Source of the DNA: an uncultured Acidobacteriota bacterium
GTDB taxonomy: Bacteria; Acidobacteriota; Blastocatellia; RBC074
Direction of reading: 5' to 3'
DNA: 64,000 nucleotides
NCBI GenBank assembly: GCA_963800895.1
Contig: CAWDDA010000022.1
Span: 9,243 to 73,242 of the forward strand
Position numbers and translations under genes: made by a program. Under the pieces are notes generated by a model. It saw only the letters and a program-made list of their open reading frames with translations, was not told where the DNA came from and made no database searches. Of this stretch, positions 27,951-37,941 are shown one piece after another (the stretch's first letter is position 1; the number at the start of each line of letters is the position of its first letter).

Positions 27951-28780
27951 ATGACATTCAGAAGAGGCCTGCTTCTTGTTCTTCTTGTATCCGCGTTTGG
28001 TGTTCAGCGTTACAGCGCAGCAACCGCGCGTCTATACGAGGGCCGATTTCATCAATATCGATGGTGGAAACCTGAGCAGCCGGATCGATCGCGCTGTGAA
28101 GCAGTTCAAAGGAAGCAATCAGGGAACATCGGTCTGGCTTGCATATCATTTTCCGCAGATTGAGGGAGTTTCGATGGGCCCTTATTCGGGCATGATCTAT
28201 CGTGACGATGATGGCATCAGACTTGATCGCACAGACAAGCCATCGGATGCGGCAGTATTTCTGCTCGCCGATTCGTCTGGCGACCGGCCACGTCTTCAAA
28301 CGTGTGACAACGCTTAATCTGAATGAGCCATATAAATTCGAGGACAAGCCTGTCTACTGGCTCGGCAACGTTGATGCAAACGAAAGCATCGCGTTGCTGG
28401 ATTCGATTCGCAAAGAGAACCAGACAAACGTGCCGATCGCGCGCAGCGCTCTTCGCGCCATCGCAATCCACGACAGTGCGCGCACTGTCCCACTTCTCAA
28501 GGATGTCGCGCTCAAAGATACCAATTTGGAAATTCAACGCGCCGCCGTCTCAGCACTTGCAAGAACGGGCAAGAGTGAGAGCGTTGCGGTACTCTCAGAT
28601 ATCTATCGGACTTCGACTGTTGATCCACTCAAAGAGGAAGTCATCGCCGCTTTGGGCCGATCGACTGAGCGAAGCGCGGCTGACAAACTCCTGGAAATTG
28701 CGAGGACCGACTCCAACGCTACACTTAGAAAGGCTGCAATCAGACGGCTTTCAACTCAGATGAGTGCGAAAGTGAATTGA
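27951..28780 (+). pseudogene. HEAT-repeat protein, two +1 frame breaks (~28020, ~28285)
   Basis: GAGAGG RBS; MTFRRGLLLVLLVSAFGVQRYSA / QQPRVYTRADFINIDGGNLSSRIDRAVKQF...AAVFLLADSS / ...HVFKRVTTLNLNE...RSALRAIAIHDSARTVPLLKDVALKDTNLEIQRAAVSALARTG...TLRKAAIRRL. Confidence 0.6.
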
Positions 28781-28801
28781 GGTTCGGCTGTTTCTGATCT
28801 C

Positions 28802-28869
28802 CCTTCGTTGCCTTTGTTTCCTTCTGTTAATAAGAGGATCACAACAGAAGGCAACAAAGGCAACGAAGG
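28802..28869. repeat. 27-nt inverted repeat built from GGCAAC-containing short repeats
   Basis: CCTTCGTTGCCTTTGTTTCCTTCTGTT-14 nt-AACAGAAGGCAACAAAGGCAACGAAGG (26/27 complementary). Confidence 0.75.
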
Positions 28870-28923
28870 TCTATGCCCTTGCCTTGACAGGCATCCTGCC
28901 GGTATTGATACTAAATTCCTTGC

Positions 28924-29014
28924 GGAGACATGGCCGAGCGGCTGAAGGCGGCGGTTTGCTAAACCGTTATAGGGGCTAAAACTCCTATCGAAGGTTCGAA
29001 TCCTTCTGTCTCCG
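28924..29014 (+). tRNA. tRNA-Ser (anticodon GCU)
   Basis: Manual cloverleaf: acceptor GGAGACA/TGTCTCC; 3-bp D stem GCC/GGC with GG in the loop; anticodon stem GCGGT/ACCGT; loop TT-GCT-AA; long variable arm (ATAGGGG...CTCCTAT); T arm GAAGG-TTCGAAT-CCTTC; discriminator G. Confidence 0.9.
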
Positions 29015-29072
29015 CCTTTCCTTATCCCGACCAAATCCCATTAAGAACAAGTAATGTCTGAGACATGCAGTC

Positions 29073-30266
29073 ATGCCACCAAGATTCCGGCTTAAGGCGG
29101 TACTACATGCATTGATCGTGGTAATGCTGGTCCAGTGTTTTAGTGTTCATGCGCAGGATGCGAGGACGATGTTCAAAACTTTCTATGAAGAAGGGTTGCG
29201 GCGGACTGGAATCGTTGGAAGCAGCTTCATGCTCATCCACGGCGGAAAGGTCGTTGACAGGCACTTCTATGGATTGGCGAATGCTGATGAAAAGCGTCCC
29301 ATCGACGAAGACACGATCTATCACTGGGCTTCTATCACAAAGACATTCACCGGGATAGCGATCATGCAATTGCGTGATCGCGGTCGATTGAAGCTCGACG
29401 ATCCCGTGATCAAGTATGTTCCTGAGCTTGGCGACGTGCACAATCCGCACGGATCTATGAGCGATATCACAATCCGTCATTTGTTAAGCCACAGCGCAGG
29501 CTTTCGCGCCTCTACCTGGCCCTGGGGCGGCAACCGTGACTGGCATCCACACGAGCCTCGCAGCTGGAATCAGCTGGTGGCGATGATGCCATACACTGAG
29601 ATCGAATTCCGGCCAGGAACAAGGTTCAGCTATTCGAATCCTGGAATTGTGTTTCTAGGGCGGATAATCGAGCGAATTTCGGCGGATGACTACGAAGTTT
29701 ACATTGATAAGAATATTTTCAAACCGCTCGAGATGTATCGAAGTTATTTCGATGCCACACCATACACGTTACTTCGGCATCGTGCACATAGCTACACGCG
29801 AATCGGTGAGACAGTGAAACCTGGCCGCTTCGATGTCGATACGGGGATTACGGTTTCGAACGGAGGCCTGAATTCGCCATTTACGGACATGGCGAAATAC
29901 ATGTCATTCTTAATTGGTGCGCCGGATGACGCTCGGAGACAGGCGACTTACGATCAGGTGCTCAAGCGGACCTCGCTCGAAGAGATGTGGGCGCCGGTAG
30001 TGAGTATTCGGGATGGCAAGGATCGAAAGGAAGCAATGGGTCTGACATTCTTCATTGAGGATCATTCGGGCCGGCGGTTCATCGGGCACAGCGGGCATCA
30101 GAACAGTTTTGCGAGTCATTTCTATGTTGAGCCTGCCAGAAAGGCTGGCTATGTCGTCGCATATAACACATTCGCGGGCACCGAGAAGAATCCTTCAGAA
30201 TACACGGACAAGCTGGATAACGAGATCAGGGCGTTTGTCTTCGAAAAGGTGTTTCCTGGCAAGTAA
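29073..30266 (+). CDS. Serine hydrolase of the beta-lactamase/transpeptidase-like family (class C-like)
   Basis: Signal peptide; S-x-x-K motif in HWASITKTFTGIAIMQL; a later YSN motif (FSYSNPGIVFLG). Confidence 0.85.
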   Translation: MPPRFRLKAVLHALIVVMLVQCFSVHAQDARTMFKTFYEEGLRRTGIVGSSFMLIHGGKVVDRHFYGLANADEKRPIDEDTIYHWASITKTFTGIAIMQLRDRGRLKLDDPVIKYVPELGDVHNPHGSMSDITIRHLLSHSAGFRASTWPWGGNRDWHPHEPRSWNQLVAMMPYTEIEFRPGTRFSYSNPGIVFLGRIIERISADDYEVYIDKNIFKPLEMYRSYFDATPYTLLRHRAHSYTRIGETVKPGRFDVDTGITVSNGGLNSPFTDMAKYMSFLIGAPDDARRQATYDQVLKRTSLEEMWAPVVSIRDGKDRKEAMGLTFFIEDHSGRRFIGHSGHQNSFASHFYVEPARKAGYVVAYNTFAGTEKNPSEYTDKLDNEIRAFVFEKVFPGK

Positions 30267-30387
30267 GAAAGTGCTGAGTGCTGAGTGCTGGTTGGAGTTC
30301 AAACTTGGCTTGCTCGTATCATTCGAGTTACGTGACCGCAGGCTAAAGATTGAAGTCCATACTCAGCACTCAGCACTCAGCACTTTC
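30267..30387. repeat. Hairpin element E4 (GTGCTGA x3 arms, diverged core)
   Basis: Starts directly after stop TAA: GAAA-(GTGCTGA)x2-GTGCTGG-TT-GGAGTTCAAACTTGGCTTGCT...GCAGGCTAAAGATTGAAGTCC-ATACTCAGCACTCAGCACTCAGCAC-TTTC. Confidence 0.9.
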
Positions 30388-30457
30388 CAACATACCCTGT
30401 GGACTCAACTTAGGAAGTTATGTTATCTTCTCCGAGGTTCTTTTATTTTGATGATCA

Positions 30458-30510
30458 ACGCGTGGCGATTTAAGGCTACTTGCTCCACCTAAAAAACTGC
30501 TAAAGAGTCG
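30458..30510 (+). ncRNA. Candidate SAM-II/SAM-V-like riboswitch aptamer
   Basis: AACGCGTGGCGATTTAAGGCTACTTGCTCCACCTAAAAAACTGCTAAAGAG contains the CGAUUU...GGCU..UUG...AAAAA..GCUAAAG pattern I recall for SAM-II. It sits in the leader of a methionine-cycle gene. Confidence 0.4.
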
Positions 30511-30518
30511 GGAAGAGA

Positions 30519-30553
30519 CCTCGCGTTGGAGACGGCGCGAGGATTTTTATTTT
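30519..30553 (+). terminator. Leader hairpin + U-run (attenuator / RBS sequestrator)
   Basis: CCTCGCG-ttggagacgg-CGCGAGG then ATTTTTATTTT running into the ATG at 30554. The only GAGG upstream of the start lies within the 3' stem arm. Confidence 0.55.
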
Positions 30554-32408
30554 ATGAGCGCTTTTCGCGAATTTATTCAGGAAGACCGTGTCCGCGTCTT
30601 TGATGGGGCCATGGGCACGATGATCTACTCCAAAGGCGTTTACATCAATCGTTGCTATGACGAGTTGAACCTGTCGGGTCAGGACATTGTGCTCGCCATT
30701 CATCGCGAATACGTCAAGGCGGGAGCCGAGATCATCGAGACCAACACGTATGGAGCTTCCCGGCTCAAGCTTGCCAACTACGGGCTCGATGAAAGGCTGA
30801 CGGAGATCAACGTGACGGCGGCTCGGCTCGCGCGACAGGCAGCGTCCAAAGCGGGGCACGAAGTTTTTGTTGCCGGAGCAATCTCGCCGCTTGGGGTCCG
30901 TATCGAGCCCTACGGTCCAACTTCACTCGAAGAGGCAAAGGAGCTTTTCAAGGAGCAGGCGCTGGCGCTGCTCGAAGGAGGTGTGGACTGCTTCGTTCTC
31001 GAGACATTCCACGATCTGGTTGAGATGGAACAGGCGATCAGAGCCGTGCGCGAGCTTTGCGATCTGGTGATCATTGCCCAGATGACCATCACTGATAACA
31101 GTGAAACGGTCTTCGGCACTGCACCGGAAGTGTTCACAGCAAGGCTTGATGGATGGCTCGACAATGCCGGAAGTGATGTCATCGGCATCAACTGCTCCGT
31201 CGGCCCGCAGATAATTCTTAGCGCCATTGAAAGAATGCGTGCCCTCACAGCGCGCAGGCTGGCAGCGCAACCCAATGCGGGTATGCCGCGAGATATTCAG
31301 GGCAGGCAGATGTACATGTGCTCGCCTGAGTACATGGCCAAATACGCCAAACGGCTGATAAGTGCGGGCGCGAAATTCGTCGGTGGATGTTGTGGCACTA
31401 CACCTGAGCATATCAAGCTGATCGTCGATGCCGTGCGGGCGCTCAGCCCGGGACGTCGCACAGTGCGTGCGATTACCATTGAAGAAAAAGCCACTGAGGT
31501 CGAGCCGGTCCCGTTTGAGCAAAGGTCGCGTTTTGCGGCGAGGATCGCTAAAGGCGAGTTTGTAACGAGCGTGGAAATAGTTCCTCCCAAAGGATGCGAT
31601 GCTTCCAAGATGCTCGAGGGCGTTCGACTGTTGAAGGAGGCGGGCGTAGATGCGGTGAATGTCCCGGATGGACCAAGAGCGCAATCACGCATGGGCGCGC
31701 TTGCCGTATCGCTGCTAATAGAACAACAGGTAGGCATCGAGGCGGTGACCCACTATGCGTGTCGGGACCGTAACCTGCTTGGAATGTTTTCTGATCTGCT
31801 GGGCGCGGCAGGTCTCGGCCTGCGAAACTTTCTTCTAGTGACGGGTGACCCTCCCAAGATGGGCCCTTATCCTGATGCGACGGCGGTCTTTGACATCGAC
31901 GCGATCGGACTCACGAATATGGTGAATCGGCTCAACCACGGCCTCGATCCAGGTGGCAACCCTATCGGTAAGCCGACGGCATTTGTAATAGGAGTAGGAG
32001 TAAACCCCGGGGCAATCGATCTCGATCACGAGATCACGGAGATTTGAGTGGAAGGTCGAGGCGGGAGCAGAGTTCGCGATCACGCAACCCGTGTTTGATT
32101 CAGGACAGTTGAAACGATTCCTGAAACGAATCGAGCATTGTCGGATTCCAATTGTCCCGGGTGTATGGCCACTGGTGAGCTACCGCAACGCAGAGTTTCT
32201 CAACAATGAGGTCCCAGGTGTCGAGGTTCCGCAGGCTGTTCTCGACCGCATGCGTAAGGCAGAAGACGGCGCTGCCGCACTCAAGGAAGGCGTTAAGATT
32301 GCAAGAGAGATGCTCAGTGACGTGAGAGAGTTTGTGCAGGGTGTGCAGGTATCCGCACCTTTTGGGAGGATACCGCATGCGTTGGAGGTGTTTGAGGAGT
32401 TGAGATAG
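30554..32408 (+). pseudogene. Bifunctional homocysteine S-methyltransferase / methylenetetrahydrofolate reductase, one +1 frame break near 32040
   Basis: The N-terminal Hcy-binding domain is [11 protein letters not shown]...IIETNTYGA...[11 protein letters not shown]. The MTHFR domain continues after the frame change as RFEWKVEAGAEFAITQPVFDSGQLKRFL... (ORF 32091-32408). Confidence 0.85.
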
Positions 32409-32556
<148 letters not shown>

Positions 32557-32572
32557 GTTCGGAGGATCCTAC

Positions 32573-35500
32573 ATTATTTCAAAGCATCAAAAACTGGAAT
32601 CGCTAATCCGTCAACGCATCGTAATCATCGATGGGGCGATGGGGACGATGATTCAACGCTACCGGCTTGATGAAGAAGGGTATCGCGGCGCGCGCTTCCG
32701 CGACTGGCCGAAGGACCTTCAGGGTGCGGCGGATCTGCTTTCGCTGACGCAACCGGAGATTATCGGCGAGATCCATCGCGCGTATCTCGACGCCGGAGCC
32801 GACATCATTGAGACCAATACATTCAATGCTCAGGTGATCTCACTTGCCGATTACGGACTCGAAGAGTTCGCGTATGAGATGAATGTTGAATCGGCAAAGA
32901 TTGCCCGGCGCGCCGTCGATGATTACATGAGAATCAATCCTGAGCGCGAGTGCTTTGTCGCCGGATCACTGGGTCCAACGAATCGCGCGGCCTCGCTTTC
33001 GCCGGATGTTGGCAACCCGGCGTACAGGGCGGTCACCTTCGACCAGCTTGTGCAGGCCTACCACGAACAGGCGCGAGGACTCATTGATGGCGGTGCCGAC
33101 ATCATCCTGGTTGAAACGGTCTTCGACTCTCTGAATTCAAAAGCCGCGCTCTTCGCAATCGAGAAACTCTTTGAGGAGCGAGGTGCGCGGCTTCCCTTGA
33201 TGCTCTCTTTCACGATCACTGACTTGAGCGGCAGAACGCTCTCAGGTCAGACGGTTGAAGCCTACTGGAACTCGGTTTCGAATAATGGCGTTTTGAGTGT
33301 CGGCATCAACTGCGCCCTCGGCCCGACTGAGATGCGTCCATTTATCGAAGAGCTTTCGACGATCGCGCCTGTCTACACGAGCGCATATCCGAATGCCGGT
33401 CTGCCGGATCCGCTCTCGCCGACGGGATTCCCGGAGACTCCGGAATCTATGGCGGTGCACCTCAAAGAGTGGGCAGCCTCCGGATTTCTGAACCTGGTTG
33501 GCGGTTGCTGCGGGACAACGCCCGACCATATTCGCGAGATTGCTGAGGCGGTGCGCGAATTCAAGCCTCGTATTCCTCCAGTGGTCGAGCCATATCTGAG
33601 GCTGAGCGGGCTTGAGGCATTGACGGTCCGGCCCGAGACAAATTTTGTCAATGTCGGTGAGCGGACGAACGTCACCGGATCTCCGCGTTTTGCTCAGCTC
33701 ATTCTTTCAGGTCAATACGAGGATGCGCTCAGGGTAGCGCGCCAGCAGGTGGATAACGGCGCGCAGATGATCGACATCAACATGGACGAGGGGATGCTCG
33801 ATTCAGAAAACGCGATGGTCACCTTTCTGAATCTCATCGCCACCGAGCCCGATATTGCGCGCGTACCAATTGTCGTCGACAGCTCCAAGTGGTCGATTAT
33901 CGAGGCCGGCCTGAAATGTGTTCAGGGGAAGGGGGTCGTCAATTCGATCAGCCTGAAGGAAGGCGAGGAAAAGTTCATCGAGCAGGCGAAGCTCATCCGA
34001 AGATACGGCGCGGCCGTGATTGTTATGGCATTTGATGAGCAGGGTCAGGCAGACACATTTGAGCGCAAGACCACGATCTGTGAGCGTGCGTATCGCATAC
34101 TGACCGAAGATGTGGGATTCCCGCCACAGGATATTATTTTCGATCCGAACATCCTCACGGTAGCGACCGGAATCGAGGAGCACAGCGAATATGCCCGCGC
34201 ATTCATTGATGCGACACGGTGGATCAAGCAGCATCTCCCGCTGGCAAAAGTGAGCGGAGGAGTGAGCAACATTTCGTTCTCATTCCGAGGGAACAATGCC
34301 GTCCGCGAGGCAATGCATTCTGCATTTCTTTACCACGCAATTCGCGCCGGGATGGATATGGGGATTGTCAATGCCGGTCAGCTTGCGGTTTATGATGAGA
34401 TTCCCAAAGACCTGCTCGAACTTGTCGAGGATGTCCTTCTCAACCGCAGGACGGACGCCACGGAGCGGTTGACTGCGTATGCGGAATCGCTCAAACACGA
34501 GGAGAAGGGCGCGGCAAAGCCTGATGAATGGCGATCTGCTCCCGTCGAGGAACGGTTATCGCACGCTCTCGTCAAAGGCATTGTGGATCATATTGAAGCT
34601 GACGCTGAGGAAGCGCGCCTCAAGTATGGCCGACCTCTGAGCGTGATTGAAGGCCCTCTCATGGCAGGGATGAACATCGTAGGCGAGCTTTTCGGCTCGG
34701 GTAAGATGTTCCTTCCGCAGGTTGTGAAGAGCGCGCGAGTGATGAAGAAGGCCGTTGCCTATCTGCAGCCATTCATGGAGTCTGAGAAAGACGCGAACGG
34801 TAACAGTCATCATCAGGGAAGAATTCTGCTCGCGACTGTCAAGGGCGACGTACACGACATCGGAAAAAATATCGTCGGTGTGGTCCTGCGCTGCAATAAC
34901 TACGATGTCATCGATCTTGGCGTGATGGTTCCTACCGAGAAGATCCTCAGAGTAGCGCGCGAAGAGGGTGTAGATTGCATCGGCGTCAGTGGATTGATTA
35001 CGCCATCGCTTGATGAAATGGTGCACGTCGCGCGCGAGTTGCAGCGTGAAGGTTTTTCGACGCCGCTGCTGATCGGAGGAGCGACAACGAGCCGTGTTCA
35101 CACCTCCGTGAAAATTGCGCCGAACTATGAGCCACCAGTTGTGCATGTACTCGATGCGTCTCGCGCCGTAGGCGTTGTCGGGAGTCTGCTTGGTGAGACG
35201 ACCAAGCCGGCATTCGCGTTCCAGAATCAGAGAGAGCAGCAGCGCGACCGTGAAAGGTATGAAGCCAGCCGTGAGGCGCGCGATCTGTTGACACTTGAAG
35301 CAGCACGCTCGCGGAAGCCCGCCATTGTATGGCGCTCTGAAGAGATCGAGACCCCTTCGTTTACAGGCGTGCGTTCTCTCGAACCGGCTCTTGAAGAGTT
35401 GGTGCCATACATCGATTGGACGCCGTTCTTTCACACCTGGGAGCTTCGAGGGAGCTATCCAAAAATTCTTGGCGACCCGGTTGCCGGAGAGCGTGCGCGA

Positions 35501-36279
35501 GAGCTTTTGGCTGATGCGAAGCAGTTGCTTGAAGAGATCATCGCAAAGAAGTGGTTCAAGGCCCGTGGTGTTTACGCATTCTTTGCAGCAAATTCGAAAG
35601 GTGACGACATTTCAGTTTTCGCCGATGAGACACGACAGGATGAGCTCGCTGTCCTTCATACGTTGCGGCAGCAGTTAGACAAGGGACCGTCTCAACCGAA
35701 CCTTGCGCTGTCAGATTTCATCGCACCGTTTGACACCGGGCTCAAGGATCACATTGGTCTCTTTGCGGTAACTACAGGTCTTGGCGTTGACGAGTTGTGC
35801 GCGCGTTTCGAGGCAGATCATGACGATTACAATTCGATCATGTACGAAGGCCCTTGCTGACCGCCTGGCCGAAGCCTTTGCAGAGTTTGCTCACAAGAAG
35901 GCGAGAGACGCATGGCGGATACGGGCTAAGCGAAAACTTGAGCACCGATGAACTCATCAAAGAAAAGTATCGAGGCATCCGGCCCGCTCCTGGCTATCCC
36001 GCATGCCCTGATCATACTGAGAAGAAAGCGATCTTTGAGCTGCTGAATGCCGAGTCCAATGCAAGTGTCCGTTTGACGGAGAACTATGCCGTACTGCCGG
36101 CGAGCTCGGTCTGTGGCCTCTATTTTGCGCACCCGGAATCGCGCTATTTCACCGTTGGAAAGATCGATCGCGATCAGGTGGCAGACTATGAGCGGCGCAA
36201 AGGAATGACCCGCCGCGAAGTGGAACTCTGGCTCTCGCCCAATCTCGCATATGAACCGGAACGAGTGTTAAGCATGTAG
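32573..36279 (+). pseudogene. metH: Cobalamin-dependent methionine synthase MetH, two +1 frame breaks (35843 and ~35913); start codon uncertain
   Basis: All MetH modules are present: Hcy domain ([11 protein letters not shown]...[11 protein letters not shown]), pterin-binding, B12-binding ([11 protein letters not shown]), and AdoMet activation ([18 protein letters not shown]). Between the tracked ORFs the intermediate frame reads [24 protein letters not shown]. The conserved N-terminus ([20 protein letters not shown]) lies upstream of the first ATG (32639). Confidence 0.9.
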
Positions 36280-36290
36280 GAGTGTGTATA

Positions 36291-36427
36291 GAGTGCTGAG
36301 TGCTGAGTGCTGAGTGCTGAGTATGGAGTTCAAGCTTTAGCTTGCTGGTGTGGCATTCGAATGTGCACGACAGCAAGCTAAAGCTTGAACTCCATACTCA
36401 GCACTCAGCACTCAGCACTCAGCACTC
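36291..36427. repeat. Hairpin element E6 (GTGCTGA x4 arms + perfect core)
   Basis: GA-(GTGCTGA)x4-GTAT-GGAGTTCAAGCTTTAGCTTGCT-25 nt-AGCAAGCTAAAGCTTGAACTCC-ATAC-(TCAGCAC)x4-TC. It ends 8 nt before the ATG at 36436. Confidence 0.95.
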
Positions 36428-36435
36428 TCCTCTTT

Positions 36436-37941
36436 ATGAATTGTTTGTTTTCAGTTCTGGTAGTGGCGGCACTTTCTTTTATGCCTCAAACGCCGTTGCG
36501 GTTCGAGGTAACTGTCAGCGCGCAGCTTAGCCCTCAGGCGCGTGATGGTCGTTTGTTCATTATTCTCGCGAAACCAGATGCCGGCGAGCCAAGGCGGGTT
36601 GCCGGGAATCCAGGAATGAACGCGCCACGAATGTTTGCGCGTGATGTAGCACGTATCTCTGAGAATGAGGCGGGCGTGATCGATGACAAGTGTGTCGCGT
36701 TTCCTCTGGAGGGCCTGCGAGATATCGAACCTGGCGAATACAACGTTCAGGCAGTCTACGACACCAATAGAGACTTGAAGGGTCTCAATTCTCCGGGGAA
36801 TATCGTTAGCCGTCCGCAGCGAATGAAGCTCGATGCAGCACGGACAGGGACCATTCGCATCACACTGAGCGAACAGATTCCAGTAGAAACATTGCCTCCC
36901 AACACTGACCTCCTGCGATTTATCAAGTTCGAATCCCCGATACTTTCAAAGTTCCGCGGACGTCCGACTTATCTGCGGGCTGGAATTCTGTTACCGCGCG
37001 ACCACGCTCGCGAGACCACACGCCGCTATCCCCTGAGAGTACACATTGGAGGTTATGGATCGCGTTACACGCAAGTCTCGCAGTTTCTGACTGCCGATGA
37101 TGCTGCTGGACCGCGAAGTCTGTGGCTCGCGAATGATACTCCTCGAATGATTCTCGTTCATCTCGACGGTGCCGGACCTTATGGTGATCCATATCAGGTG
37201 AACTCGGAGAACAACGGCCCATACGGCGATGCATTGACCGGTGAACTTATTCCTTTTATTGAGCGGGAGTTTCGAGGCAATGGCAGGCGTGTTCTGGACG
37301 GAGGGTCTACCGGTGGTTGGGTATCGCTTGCGCTCCAGATCTTTTATCCCGACTTTTTCAGTGGCGCATGGTCATCTTGTCCCGATGGCGTTGATTTCCG
37401 CGGATTCCAGCTTGTCGACATCTACCGCGACGCGAACGCATACGTGAATGATAATGGAGCCGAACGGCCCGCCGCGCGTAATGTGAAGGGAGACATCCGC
37501 TACACAATGCGCCACGAATGCAGCCTCGAGAATGTGCTCGGTCGTGGCGACAGCTGGACGCGTTCGGGAGGGCAATGGGGAGCATGGAATGCCGTCTATG
37601 GACCGCGCGGTGCCGATATGCTTCCAGTTCCCTTATGGGACCCGAAGACCGGCGCTCTCAATCGCAGTGTGGTTGAACATTGGAAGAAGTATGACCTGCG
37701 GCTGTACGTTGAGCAGAATTCACCAAAGCTCGCCGAGAAGCTCAAAGGCAGGCTCAACATATGGATGGGAGATGCTGACGATTACTTTCTCAATAATGCG
37801 TTGCATCTCTTTGACGATGCGCTCAAGCGACTGAGTCCGTCACCGGAAGCGAGAATTTTCTTCAAGCCCGGACAGGGCCATTGCTGGCAGGGAATTAGTC
37901 AACGCGAAATGATGCTAGAGATGGCCGCGGCCACAAAATGA
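36436..37941 (+). CDS. Secreted esterase (enterochelin-esterase-like alpha/beta hydrolase)
   Basis: Start at MNCLFSVLVVAALSF (signal). GGSTGGW nucleophile elbow, plus the ...LVHLDGAGPYGDPYQVNSENNGPYGDALTGELIPFIE region typical of putative esterases. Confidence 0.7.
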   Translation: MNCLFSVLVVAALSFMPQTPLRFEVTVSAQLSPQARDGRLFIILAKPDAGEPRRVAGNPGMNAPRMFARDVARISENEAGVIDDKCVAFPLEGLRDIEPGEYNVQAVYDTNRDLKGLNSPGNIVSRPQRMKLDAARTGTIRITLSEQIPVETLPPNTDLLRFIKFESPILSKFRGRPTYLRAGILLPRDHARETTRRYPLRVHIGGYGSRYTQVSQFLTADDAAGPRSLWLANDTPRMILVHLDGAGPYGDPYQVNSENNGPYGDALTGELIPFIEREFRGNGRRVLDGGSTGGWVSLALQIFYPDFFSGAWSSCPDGVDFRGFQLVDIYRDANAYVNDNGAERPAARNVKGDIRYTMRHECSLENVLGRGDSWTRSGGQWGAWNAVYGPRGADMLPVPLWDPKTGALNRSVVEHWKKYDLRLYVEQNSPKLAEKLKGRLNIWMGDADDYFLNNALHLFDDALKRLSPSPEARIFFKPGQGHCWQGISQREMMLEMAAATK

